From positions 1-44,479 of the IMG/VR virus record IMGVR_UViG_3300038829_000187: DNA of 44,479 bases. One strand, 5' to 3'. Of this stretch, positions 27,870 through 36,730 are shown one piece after another. The translations under genes and the position numbers were made by a program. Source of the stretch: a virus. Its lineage: Duplodnaviria > Caudoviricetes. Within the stretch, counting starts at the first letter, position 1, and every line of letters begins with the position of its first letter. The notes under the pieces are model-generated. The model was not told the origin of the DNA. It searched no databases and saw nothing but the letters and a program-made list of their open reading frames with translations.

Positions 27870-28334
27870 ATGATTTGCGAATCATACATTGCAGGCATCC
27901 CGCTCCAAAACGGGCAACTCGCACTCTGCGACGCAGCCGATTGCCCAATCCTGTCTCAGTACACTTGGTGTCTAGGGTCTGACGGCTATGTGTCTGCCCG
28001 CATCAACGGGAAGACCGTCAGGATGCATAACCTCCTGATAGGACGAGGGATTGATCATCAAAACCGCGACAAAAGGGACAACCGCCGATGCAACCTGCGA
28101 AAGGCCAATCAGCAACAGAATGTCGCCAATGCCAGCCTAAGCCGCAGGAATAAGACTGGGTATCGAGGTGTTCATTCCACCCATCGTCCGGGAAAGCCCT
28201 ATCGTGCGAGGATCACGATATCTCGCATACAGCAGACAATTGGATACTTTGAAACCGCAGCAGAAGCCGCACTGGCCTACAACAACGCTGCAAAGGCCGC
28301 ATTCGGCGAATTCGCCTACATCAATCCCCTATGA
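27870..28334 (+). CDS. HNH-AP2 homing-type endonuclease
   Basis: RMHNLL, IDHQNRDKRDNRRCNLR, TGYRGV, IGYFETAAEAALAYN..A...FGEFA. Confidence 0.92.
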   Translation: MICESYIAGIPLQNGQLALCDAADCPILSQYTWCLGSDGYVSARINGKTVRMHNLLIGRGIDHQNRDKRDNRRCNLRKANQQQNVANASLSRRNKTGYRGVHSTHRPGKPYRARITISRIQQTIGYFETAAEAALAYNNAAKAAFGEFAYINPL

Positions 28335-29134
28335 TTGCAGAACCTTATATTGCCATCAAAGGCCCGAGAGCAGGAGAGATTGGATGGTTCGATGATTCTG
28401 ACGGATTTAATTGTAGCTCTGAAGAACCGTGGCAACCCTACGCCGACTTCGAGAGGGAAAAGTTGACAGGGCTTTGTGACAAGAACTGCGACATGATGGC
28501 AGTTGGTCTGTCCTTGCGAATGGGATACTTCCTTGGATTTGATGATGACTCGGGAATGCACGAAATCATCTCTTCGGATGAGTTGATTGATTACTGTGGA
28601 TGCAAGTATCTCAAGGACTCCGAATCCTCCCGCCTCCTCAAGCGTGCCGAGTTCTTGAAGGCTGTGTGTGAGAAGGAAAATGTTCCGTGGCTAGATTCAA
28701 TCGCATGGTGCCATTGTAAGAATCCTCGTAAAGACGGGATGCACCAGATTCAGGGGCAATGCGAGCATGAAGGATATGTCGATAGCAAGGGGTTCTGTAG
28801 AAAGTGCTGGGACGCGGGAAAGGGATGTGCGAGCTGCGATAATGAAAAGTGCCCATCGAATCGGGACTTCTGTGAATGCCCCAAGCCAGGTGAAGGCGAC
28901 TTCCGCTGCTATACCCATCCCAGGATGAAGGATGTGTACACGAAGGAGGAGGCTCTAAAAGCCTTCGCTGGCAGCGGCAAGTTCTTTGACTTCGCGGTGG
29001 GCGTGCGGACGTTTCAAGAATTGCTTCTGGACGCTCTTTCTGAGGAGGCAACGAAGCCTCGGCTCGAAGGGCAGAAGTTCAGAGCACAATGGACGGAGGA
29101 ACTCCGCAAACGCTTCCACGGAAGACACATTTAG
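28331..29134 (+). CDS. Cys-rich hypothetical protein
   Basis: ATGA overlap with the HNH gene; many CxC/CxxC motifs. Confidence 0.6.
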   Translation: MIAEPYIAIKGPRAGEIGWFDDSDGFNCSSEEPWQPYADFEREKLTGLCDKNCDMMAVGLSLRMGYFLGFDDDSGMHEIISSDELIDYCGCKYLKDSESSRLLKRAEFLKAVCEKENVPWLDSIAWCHCKNPRKDGMHQIQGQCEHEGYVDSKGFCRKCWDAGKGCASCDNEKCPSNRDFCECPKPGEGDFRCYTHPRMKDVYTKEEALKAFAGSGKFFDFAVGVRTFQELLLDALSEEATKPRLEGQKFRAQWTEELRKRFHGRHI

Positions 29135-29146
29135 TGATGCTCGTCT

Positions 29147-29410
29147 ATGACCCAGCTCCAAACAAACATCTTCGGCGGAACGGTCTTCACTGGCAAACGC
29201 ACAAACGAAGTCGAGACCCTCATTGAAAAGTACCCCCTCGCCGCAACGAACACGGGCCTGTTCTTCTTCGCAGCTCTTCGGGAGCACTGCCCGTGGGTAT
29301 CCCAGCTCCCGGAAGAACGACAGAACGAGCTTCGGGCGTATTGCCGGGGTATTGAGTCGCTTCGGCGTCGCCGGCAGGAAGGCAGGGCACATTCCCGCAA
29401 CGCACCTTGA
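29147..29410 (+). CDS. Hypothetical phage protein
   Basis: LIEKYP...IESLRRRRQ pattern; operon position. Confidence 0.55.
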   Translation: MTQLQTNIFGGTVFTGKRTNEVETLIEKYPLAATNTGLFFFAALREHCPWVSQLPEERQNELRAYCRGIESLRRRRQEGRAHSRNAP

Positions 29411-29480
29411 AAGATGTACAGGCGGCCCCGATAATGACGGCAAGTCGATTCTGGGGAGAACCTGCCGTGAAGGAGCAAAG

Positions 29481-30383
29481 GTGAAGGTTCTTGAAGATTT
29501 GCATACCAGCAAGGTGCTTGCTGGCGATTGTCTGGTCCTTTCCGAAAAGTTGCCTGACGATTCCATCGACCTAATCATCACCAGTCCGCCGTACTGGGGT
29601 CAACGCCTTTCGCAGGGCGTCGGCGTAGAGGAAGATCCGCGTCATTATGTCGATGAATTGACGAAGCGATTTCTGGCAATGAAGCGGGTCCTGAAGCCGG
29701 AAGGCCTTCTGTGGATCAACATCGGTGACTCGTACAACACACCGGTAAACTGGGGGCGGGACGACTGGCAATACAGCTCGCTTGGCCCGGATCGCAAGGG
29801 TTTCCACAAGGACAACGCCGCTTACACGAAGCCCCGTATGAAGCGTCGGCAGTTCATCGACAAAGAAGCCTCATGGCTACAGTACGGCAACCTCCTCGCG
29901 TTGCCCTATCGTCTCGTCTTGGCGTTGTGCGATGGCGGTTATCTGTTCCGGAGCGAAGTGATCTGGAAAAAGAAAAACCCCATGCCAGAGGGCAAATGCC
30001 GCCGCCCTCACCGGGGCCATGAGTCCATTTACCTTTTCGCCAAATCAGAGCGCCATGCCTTCAGCGTCAGTCCCCCCGTCAAGACCATCTGGGAGTTTGC
30101 CAACGAAGGGCTGAATGGCGTTCGTCACTATTCGAGATTTCCGACCGAGCTTCCTCGTCGGTGTATCAAAGCCTACGGCAAATGCGGTAAGGAAGTTCTC
30201 GTGCTCGACCCGTTCTCCGGTTCTGGCACGACCGGCCTTGCCTCAATTTCGCTCGGATGCACGTATCTCGGATTCGAGATTGATCCTGATCTTGTCACGG
30301 AATCCAACAAGATTCTGCGAAAAGCCACCGACAAGAAGGCAGACACCGACCTTAATTTGTTTGACGCGGCGGGGGTGGGTTAG
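29481..30383 (+). CDS. Beta-class amino (N4-C/N6-A) DNA methyltransferase
   Basis: IDLIITSPPY catalytic motif precedes VLDPFSGSGTTG (SAM binding); AAGGAG SD before the GTG at 29481. Confidence 0.93.
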   Translation: MKVLEDLHTSKVLAGDCLVLSEKLPDDSIDLIITSPPYWGQRLSQGVGVEEDPRHYVDELTKRFLAMKRVLKPEGLLWINIGDSYNTPVNWGRDDWQYSSLGPDRKGFHKDNAAYTKPRMKRRQFIDKEASWLQYGNLLALPYRLVLALCDGGYLFRSEVIWKKKNPMPEGKCRRPHRGHESIYLFAKSERHAFSVSPPVKTIWEFANEGLNGVRHYSRFPTELPRRCIKAYGKCGKEVLVLDPFSGSGTTGLASISLGCTYLGFEIDPDLVTESNKILRKATDKKADTDLNLFDAAGVG

Positions 30384-31224
30384 CGGCCTTCTTTTTCTGC
30401 CGCCACATTTGGGCGCGTGCAATGATCTCTTTTGCAAAGAGGTCCGGCTGCTGCGACAACTGTATCCGGACCACTTTCTTCCCTGATTTCGTTGTCGGAC
30501 CACTCGGCGCCGACCGGCCATTACCGCTGTATAGATTGTCGAAATCACCGTGGATCTCGACGTAGCCTCGCTTTTGGCTCGGGATTTTTGGGCTCCCAAG
30601 TTCACCACGGTTCACCAGGTCGCCGGGCGGCGGGAAGGACTTCACGTCCAGGGTCCACATTGGCGAGAAATAACCGTTCTGCATCATTGCTCGGCTACAT
30701 GGCACGTCATCAGACACGCGCTCGGCGAGACTTGCTTTCACGTGAATGCCGCCGAAAAGTTCGCCGGTATCCAGAAGATATAGCCCAACGTCCAGCTTGT
30801 CCGATCCGACGACATTTTGGATTCCCATCTCGTTTAATGCGGCAAGTTTTTTTGGCTTCCCCAGAAGCATCGTGATTTGAATGCCTTCTTTGGTGAGTAT
30901 TGGATCGTAGATCGCCTCGACGGCGATCTCCAGCGCTTCGCCCGACGCTCGTTTCCAGCTTTGCCCGGCATCTTGGTTGCGATGCTGCGGAAAGATCTCA
31001 ATGTACCGGCGCATGACGACGTGGTGCCACAAGTCACTCGCGTTTGCCGTGGGGCAAGCAGCGAGAATCGTCAAGAACGCGTCTCTGATCGCGTCGCGGT
31101 TCTTCACCGCCGTGCGTGCCAGGGCTTGATTGAAGAAATTTCCAACAGTGTCCCAATCACCCTGTGTCACTCCAGGAAGGTCGATGACAACGTTCGTTCT
31201 GTTGATCGTGGTCTGGAGCTGCAT
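30352..31224 (-). CDS. Type II restriction endonuclease, BsaWI-like
   Basis: QSWKRASGEALE, DKLDV and HVKASLAERVSDD motifs; convergent with the MTase. Confidence 0.75.
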   Translation of the reverse strand: MQLQTTINRTNVVIDLPGVTQGDWDTVGNFFNQALARTAVKNRDAIRDAFLTILAACPTANASDLWHHVVMRRYIEIFPQHRNQDAGQSWKRASGEALEIAVEAIYDPILTKEGIQITMLLGKPKKLAALNEMGIQNVVGSDKLDVGLYLLDTGELFGGIHVKASLAERVSDDVPCSRAMMQNGYFSPMWTLDVKSFPPPGDLVNRGELGSPKIPSQKRGYVEIHGDFDNLYSGNGRSAPSGPTTKSGKKVVRIQLSQQPDLFAKEIIARAQMWRQKKKAANPPPPRQTN

Positions 31225-31431
31225 TCCGCACCGTTTGTCCGGCACGGACGCAAGAGGTACGCTGTCCCCTAGCGGGATTGTGCCGGAGCCTTTGCTGGTT
31301 CCACGCTCCAACCGAGGGCCGTTCTCCCCAGATCGACCTCAGCCGGAGCAGGTACAATCCTGCTATTCTTTCGTGGACTGGCGCTTGTTTCAAGGATATA
31401 GTTTCAATTCGACGATAAATCGGGAGTTTCG

Positions 31432-31887
31432 ATGAACAAGCTAAAGGCAGCGAAAGACGACCGCGACACTCCGTCGCTCATTTTGGCCTTTACGTCCGAG
31501 TGGGAACAACCGCTAACGGACAATCGCGTTTCTGCGGTCTTTCGCAGGAAGGGTCCGGTTGATCGGGAGTTGGGCTACCTCTACGCCTACGTCGGCGCAC
31601 CGGTGTCCGCTTTGATCGGCAGGGCGAAGGTTACGGCGTACCAGCGGATGCCTGTCGAAGCGGCATTCAAGCTTGCCGACAAAGGCAAAATCAAGGCCGA
31701 TGTCCTCCGCGAATATGCTCGGGGCAAGGATGAACTCGGCGTTTTTCGACTCGGCAAGTTCGAACCTTTTTCTGCCCCGGTAAGTGCCGAGAAACTTGCC
31801 AGTGCATTCGGACTTGTTCCTCCTCAGAACTTCGTTTTTATCTCGAAGCAGGGAAAAGCTGCCCTCGATAAGCTCGCCGGTGCATGA
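31432..31887 (+). CDS. ASCH/PUA-like domain protein
   Basis: FRRKGP, YAYVGAPVSALIGRAKV and PPQNFVFI motifs. Confidence 0.7.
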   Translation: MNKLKAAKDDRDTPSLILAFTSEWEQPLTDNRVSAVFRRKGPVDRELGYLYAYVGAPVSALIGRAKVTAYQRMPVEAAFKLADKGKIKADVLREYARGKDELGVFRLGKFEPFSAPVSAEKLASAFGLVPPQNFVFISKQGKAALDKLAGA

Positions 31888-32132
31888 TGATCCTCTGCTC
31901 CTGCTGCGATGACAGACTTGACCACAGTTTCCAGCCGTGCGGCTGCGACGAAGAATATTGCACGGTCTGCGTTCGTTGCTTGCGACATTGCAGCTGCGCC
32001 GGTGGTCCGAAAGCCGACAATCCTTTCATTTGCCCACGTACCGATTTCCAGGATTCGCAAGACGGTTTGATGGACAGAAACACAGATCGGTGTAGCGTCT
32101 TGCGAGATGGGGAACCTCGAAACCTATCTTGA
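31884..32132 (+). CDS. Cys-rich small protein
   Basis: ATGA overlap; dense Cys pattern. Confidence 0.35.
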   Translation: MMILCSCCDDRLDHSFQPCGCDEEYCTVCVRCLRHCSCAGGPKADNPFICPRTDFQDSQDGLMDRNTDRCSVLRDGEPRNLS

Positions 32133-32862
32133 GGCCATCGGACAATTCGAGCTACTCACCCCGGAGCAAGAACGAAAGCTGGTCAACGAAGCCCAGGAAG
32201 GGAACATCGACTCACGAAACGCGTTGATCGAAGCGAACCTCCGCCTCGTCGTCCATATCGCAAAGCGGTTCGTCGGCTTCGGACTGGACATGGATGATCT
32301 TGTCGAGGAAGGAAACCTCGGCCTATTCCACGCCATCGACGGCTTCAAGCCTGAATTCAATACGCGCTTCACGACGTATGCGGGTCCGTGGATTCGGCAG
32401 AGCATCGGCCGGGCCTTGCATGGCGAGAGTGAGACGACCCGCAAGCCGGAATGGGTTCAAACTCTCGTTCGCAAATACAACAATGCCGTCCGCATCCTGC
32501 AAGAACCATCTTTTGACGAAGCCTGCGATTACTTGAACCTGCCGGAAAAGACACGTCGTTGCCTCAAGACGGCGCTGGAGAGGCATGTCGCCGTACAGGA
32601 AGATGCCGGGGAAGGTGACGAGAAAAGCTTCATCGAAGACCGGCACTTGTCGCCCGATGAAGAAACGGCTGCACAAGATGAGGCATCGCACTTGCATACA
32701 CAGGTTGATGCACTTCCAAGCGATGAGCGAGCGGCCATCACTTCGTACTACTTCGAAGGACATACATACGATCAGGTCGCCGAAGAATTGCACTGCTGCC
32801 GAGCGAGGGTACAGAATCTCTGCAAGAAAGCCCTGAAGTCTCTCTCCCTCCAATTGGCGTGA
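32107..32862 (+). CDS. RNA polymerase sigma-70 family factor (RpoD/RpoS-like)
   Basis: LETYL..I...LLT, ANLRLVVHIAK, DLVEEGNLGL, RFTTYA.PWIRQSI and a region 4 HTH. Confidence 0.93.
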   Translation: MGNLETYLEAIGQFELLTPEQERKLVNEAQEGNIDSRNALIEANLRLVVHIAKRFVGFGLDMDDLVEEGNLGLFHAIDGFKPEFNTRFTTYAGPWIRQSIGRALHGESETTRKPEWVQTLVRKYNNAVRILQEPSFDEACDYLNLPEKTRRCLKTALERHVAVQEDAGEGDEKSFIEDRHLSPDEETAAQDEASHLHTQVDALPSDERAAITSYYFEGHTYDQVAEELHCCRARVQNLCKKALKSLSLQLA

Positions 32863-33032
32863 CGCTCGCCGAAGACCTCGTTGCGGCGAATGAAGAGCAG
32901 CAAAAACTCTGGAAGAAGGCGGCCCTTGAAGGGAAAACATTTCAGGAAATGGAATGGGAAATCAAGGAACAAACGCGAGAGCCATTCTTGAGAATCATTG
33001 AAAAGCACAATTGGGTCGATCAGGTACAATAG
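32859..33032 (+). CDS. Small hypothetical protein (57 aa)
   Basis: Hand-translated; GTGA overlap with the sigma gene; fills the gap. Confidence 0.5.
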   Translation: MTLAEDLVAANEEQQKLWKKAALEGKTFQEMEWEIKEQTREPFLRIIEKHNWVDQVQ

Positions 33033-33036
33033 GGCA

Positions 33037-33861
33037 ATGCCCGGTCTGGAAGCCAGGAACGGACACCGGCCCAAGCTGAATGTGCTGCCCGATGGCGGTG
33101 TCGAAGTTCCCGATGGCTTCGTGCAGCTCTCCGACGATCTCCTCCGCTACAACATCAGTGGCGCCCATCGCTATCTTCATCTTCCGACCCTGACCTGGTG
33201 CAAGGGCCTCACGACGATCCTCAAGAACATGCCGATGGACGAAGGCCTGATGCGGTACGTCGCGAACCAGGGGGGGTACGACCAGTATCGGGAGAACCTC
33301 TCGAAAGCCGGCAAACGCGGGACGCGGGTCCACTTGAGCATCGGGGATCTGCTCGACGGCAAGACGATCCGGCGCCGGCAGTTCACGGACGAAGAATGGA
33401 ACCACCTCTGCACCTGGGTCCAGTTTTTCAAGGATCACCTGCTCGACACCTTCGCGATTGAACAGCCCATCGTGGACACGCGGCGCAAGGTCGCTACCTG
33501 CATCGACTGGCGGGGCGACTTCAACGGAGTCCACACGTCGGTCAACTGGAAGACCAGCTCCGCGATATACGAATCAGCTTGCGTGCAAGCCAACGAAGAA
33601 GCGTGGATCTACAACGACGCCGGCCAATTCGACGAGCTGGGGCCTGTCGAGAAATGGGCGGTGGTCCGGACCGGGACTCGCCACAAGTGCGGTTACGAAA
33701 TCGTCGCAGAGCCCTTGGATAAGGCCAAACACGAGTATTTCAATCACCTGCTCGCGATCGACGAATACCACGATCCGAACGGCATTCCGATCTTCCCGAA
33801 GGAACTCCCCGACACGCTCAAGCTCCCCGATTCCCCTCCGCTCAATGGCAAGCCCCACTGA
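33037..33861 (+). CDS. PD-(D/E)XK (RecB/Cas4-like) phage nuclease
   Basis: RGTRVH, IEQPI, CIDW and VNWKTS..IY....VQ motifs; TACAAT 6 nt before the ATG. Confidence 0.75.
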   Translation: MPGLEARNGHRPKLNVLPDGGVEVPDGFVQLSDDLLRYNISGAHRYLHLPTLTWCKGLTTILKNMPMDEGLMRYVANQGGYDQYRENLSKAGKRGTRVHLSIGDLLDGKTIRRRQFTDEEWNHLCTWVQFFKDHLLDTFAIEQPIVDTRRKVATCIDWRGDFNGVHTSVNWKTSSAIYESACVQANEEAWIYNDAGQFDELGPVEKWAVVRTGTRHKCGYEIVAEPLDKAKHEYFNHLLAIDEYHDPNGIPIFPKELPDTLKLPDSPPLNGKPH

Positions 33862-34030
33862 ACTCTTCCAAGCCACGATCCCCCAGGTCATGCGCGTCGC
33901 CTCCATGCCCGACAGCGACACGAAAACCGGCTTGATCCAAGCCTCGGAAGAAACGATCGACGAATGGTTCGCCGGCGGTGAAATCACTGCGGAGCAACGC
34001 CGGCAGCTTCTGGACTTGCTGCGGCGATAG
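33845..34030 (+). CDS. Small hypothetical protein
   Basis: Overlaps the nuclease stop; GEITAEQRRQLL motif. Confidence 0.45.
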   Translation: MASPTELFQATIPQVMRVASMPDSDTKTGLIQASEETIDEWFAGGEITAEQRRQLLDLLRR

Positions 34031-34283
34031 TGTAGCGATCGTATCGCTCCGCCAACCACCATTGCAGATTCTTGATTGCCTCGTTCAGCTTCACACACTC
34101 CTGCTCAACTCGATATTTGCATTCGGCCTGAAGGGTGAAGATCGCCTTGCGGTCCTCCGTCCTTTCCTTTCGCTTGTCGTAGTCGGCTCCGATCGCGTTC
34201 ACTCGCTCATCCGCTTTTTCGACCAGAATCCTGTAGAACTCTTCGTAGATCACTGCCGATTCAAGCTGCGGCCTGAGTCCCAT
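33984..34283 (-). CDS. Hypothetical coiled-coil protein
   Basis: Coupled to 34261..34431. Confidence 0.5.
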   Translation of the reverse strand: MGLRPQLESAVIYEEFYRILVEKADERVNAIGADYDKRKERTEDRKAIFTLQAECKYRVEQECVKLNEAIKNLQWWLAERYDRYTIAAASPEAAGVAPQ

Positions 34284-34431
34284 GGAGCAAACGCTGGTAG
34301 CGGAGCACCTCGGCATCCGAAAGGTAAAGAAGGTTTCTGCGGACAGTGTCGAGCATGATTCTTTTCACGTCAGTCGGGCATTCTTCGTGAGTCTCAAGCC
34401 AGACGATCAGGGCGTCCGTCTCCTCGATCAT
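34261..34431 (-). CDS. Small hypothetical protein
   Basis: ATG 6 nt after a minus-strand TATACT box. Confidence 0.45.
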   Translation of the reverse strand: MIEETDALIVWLETHEECPTDVKRIMLDTVRRNLLYLSDAEVLRYQRLLHGTQAAA

Positions 34432-34453
34432 GGAAGGAGTATACTCCTCGCCG

Positions 34454-35308
34454 ATGGAACGCCAGAAAGGGGCGGAAAGCAACGGCAAGGCCGACAAGGT
34501 TCCGCTCTGGCAGAAGCTTTACACGAAAGACGCGTACATGGAGTTAGCTAGGACAGTCAGCTACACCGGCATTTCCATCGAAGACATTCGCGAGAAGATC
34601 AAGCCGCTAGAGCAACGCTTCGGCAGAGAACTGATGGTGAAGGCGGCGGATGACCTGGTCCAAGTGAATGACACGTGGGTCCGCTTGAAGACCGAAGCGC
34701 GTCATCTCTGCTGGCAACTCCTTGGACCACCACCCGAGCATCCTGACTACGTGAAGAAGGAAGCGCCTGCCGAACCGCCGCCGAAACCGAACAAGAAGCC
34801 GAGAAACAAAAAGAAGGAGTTTGTTGCGCCAAACACTCCGAATGTAAACAAACAAGCGACTCCGCTGATGCAGCAATGGAAAGAAGCCAAGGAACGGCAC
34901 AAGGACATGCTTTTGCTATTCCGGGTCGGGGACTTCTACGAACTTTTTGATTCCGACGCGAGGAGCGGTGCCAGGATCTTGGGGCTCACACTCACCAGCA
35001 GGGACAAGACGATCGACATGGCGGGCTTCCCGCACCATCAGCTTGAGACCTATCTGCACAAACTCCTCAAGGAAGGCGTCCGGGTTGCGGTCTGCGATCA
35101 GGTGGATTCGGCCAATGGGAAGGCGGTCAAGCGGGAAGTGACGCGGGTGGAAACGCCAGGCTCGATGATTGAAAAAGTTGGCGACGACGCTCTTTACGCC
35201 AGGGAGTACGAACTCCGTCAGATTCTCGACCGAGACAAAACGAAGGAGCAAATGGACGAAGCCATGGCACTCAAAGCTGAGATTCGCCGGCGAGCGAAGG
35301 CTTCGTGA
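34454..35308 (+). CDS. Protein with a stand-alone MutS domain I (mismatch-binding)
   Basis: TPLMQQWKEAK, LLLFRVGDFYELF, LGLTLTSR, MAGFPHH, VAVCDQV and REVTRVETPG; no ATPase domain. Confidence 0.9.
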   Translation: MERQKGAESNGKADKVPLWQKLYTKDAYMELARTVSYTGISIEDIREKIKPLEQRFGRELMVKAADDLVQVNDTWVRLKTEARHLCWQLLGPPPEHPDYVKKEAPAEPPPKPNKKPRNKKKEFVAPNTPNVNKQATPLMQQWKEAKERHKDMLLLFRVGDFYELFDSDARSGARILGLTLTSRDKTIDMAGFPHHQLETYLHKLLKEGVRVAVCDQVDSANGKAVKREVTRVETPGSMIEKVGDDALYAREYELRQILDRDKTKEQMDEAMALKAEIRRRAKAS

Positions 35309-35318
35309 TCCAAGTCTC

Positions 35319-35486
35319 CTACCACCCGGCAAACCAGACAATCAGCCACGCCACAAGCCAGAAGGGCGCCAAAGCAAGACAAAGGACGATGATCCCCACC
35401 CCGGTTCTATGGCCGAGCTGCTGGGCGCTTCGGCTGCGTCCGACCCACCGGAAGTAGTCCCTCAGAAGTTCGCGGATGAAGCTCAT
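35319..35486 (-). CDS. Small membrane protein (55 aa)
   Basis: Hand-translated MSFIRELLRDYFRW...GIIVLCLALAPFWLVAWLIVW. Confidence 0.45.
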   Translation of the reverse strand: MSFIRELLRDYFRWVGRSRSAQQLGHRTGVGIIVLCLALAPFWLVAWLIVWFAGW

Positions 35487-35523
35487 CCGGGCATTTTATT
35501 TGCTTGCCCGGATTCCACGGCAA

Positions 35524-36714
35524 CTATCCAAAAACCCGCGTGATGGCCTCCTTCATGACTGTCGGGTACAGGTGACGGTAGCGGCGGCGTTGTTGCTCGG
35601 ACTGATGCCCGACGATTTCATCAATCACCCTCTGATCTACTCCCTCGCTTGCCAGGGCGGAGATAAACGAATGGCGTAGGACGTGGAAGCCGCGGAGGAC
35701 AGACCATTTCGAGTCGGCCACTGTTCGTCGGAAATGGTCATGGGCTTCGTCTTTGGTGACCGCGGCTGGGGTTTCCCGCTTCGTCTTGCTGCGGGAGACG
35801 TGCCCTTGGCAGAACAAGAAAGGGCTGTCTGGCCGAACAGCGAACCAAAGACGGAGGGCCTCGGCGAGTTTCGGGGTGATTGGAGCGGTGCGAGACGAGG
35901 TCTTTCCGCGAACCCTTTTCTTCTCGCGGATCGTCAGGACACCTGCTTTCAAGTCCACGTCGCCGACCAGACAGCGGAGCATTTCGCTTCGACGGGCGCC
36001 TGTATACGCGGCAAAGGCAACCATCGGGTACACCCAGGGCAGCGTTCCGTTTCCCTGAACGTAGAGCAGGAATTCTTCCATCTCGGCACGAGTCAGGTAC
36101 AGCGATTCCCAAAGCGGTTCGGGAGCGGATTCAATTTCAGCGAATGTGCGAAACGGTTCCTTTTCATCCTCCTTCGGGAAGCGAAGGCCCTTTCCCGGAA
36201 AAGTGCCCTTGAGAACGCCGGCATGCACCCCCCAGTTCCAGCAAGCCCGGATGCTCGCCATTTCTTTCTTGAGGGTCACAGCGGACACTTTCTTGCGGCG
36301 TCGGTCAACATGCTCCTGCAAGTGCAGGAGGGTGAGGGTTTGAATGCGGAATCGTTCTCCCAGGCTTTCGACGCAGTGGTTCAGGTGCGTACGGGCGGTG
36401 CCGAGGGAGCTTTCCTCGATCGTGCCATTGGCGTGGGTTTGTAAATAGTGATCCACCAGCTGCCGGGCGGTGATCGTCTCAGGCCTGGCGGAAACGACGG
36501 GGGCTTTGCCGCCACTCGCGACAAAATCCTCCAGGCTGACGCCATCGGGAACGGTCAGGCGCCCACGCTCGATCAGGGCCAGCGTTTCGTCAACTTCAGT
36601 CCCCTTCGCGAGGGCTTGGGCTTCGGTCACGTCCCCAACGGTGAAGTAGTGTCTACGTCCCTGAAAGCGGAACGTGCAGTAGAAAGCCTCGCCTTTCCTG
36701 CGAATACCGGCCAT
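35524..36714 (-). CDS. int: Tyrosine integrase
   Basis: TGARRSE (R), K, HVLRH (HxxR), VGH and Y catalytic residues; N-terminal arm-binding domain; AGGAG SD. Confidence 0.95.
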   Translation of the reverse strand: MAGIRRKGEAFYCTFRFQGRRHYFTVGDVTEAQALAKGTEVDETLALIERGRLTVPDGVSLEDFVASGGKAPVVSARPETITARQLVDHYLQTHANGTIEESSLGTARTHLNHCVESLGERFRIQTLTLLHLQEHVDRRRKKVSAVTLKKEMASIRACWNWGVHAGVLKGTFPGKGLRFPKEDEKEPFRTFAEIESAPEPLWESLYLTRAEMEEFLLYVQGNGTLPWVYPMVAFAAYTGARRSEMLRCLVGDVDLKAGVLTIREKKRVRGKTSSRTAPITPKLAEALRLWFAVRPDSPFLFCQGHVSRSKTKRETPAAVTKDEAHDHFRRTVADSKWSVLRGFHVLRHSFISALASEGVDQRVIDEIVGHQSEQQRRRYRHLYPTVMKEAITRVFG

Positions 36715-36730
36715 AGGAGTCTCCTTTCGG

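Noticed and set aside
34850-35165. Host mutS gene indicating chromosomal contamination
   Set aside because: Only domain I is present, fused in frame to unrelated sequence on both sides.
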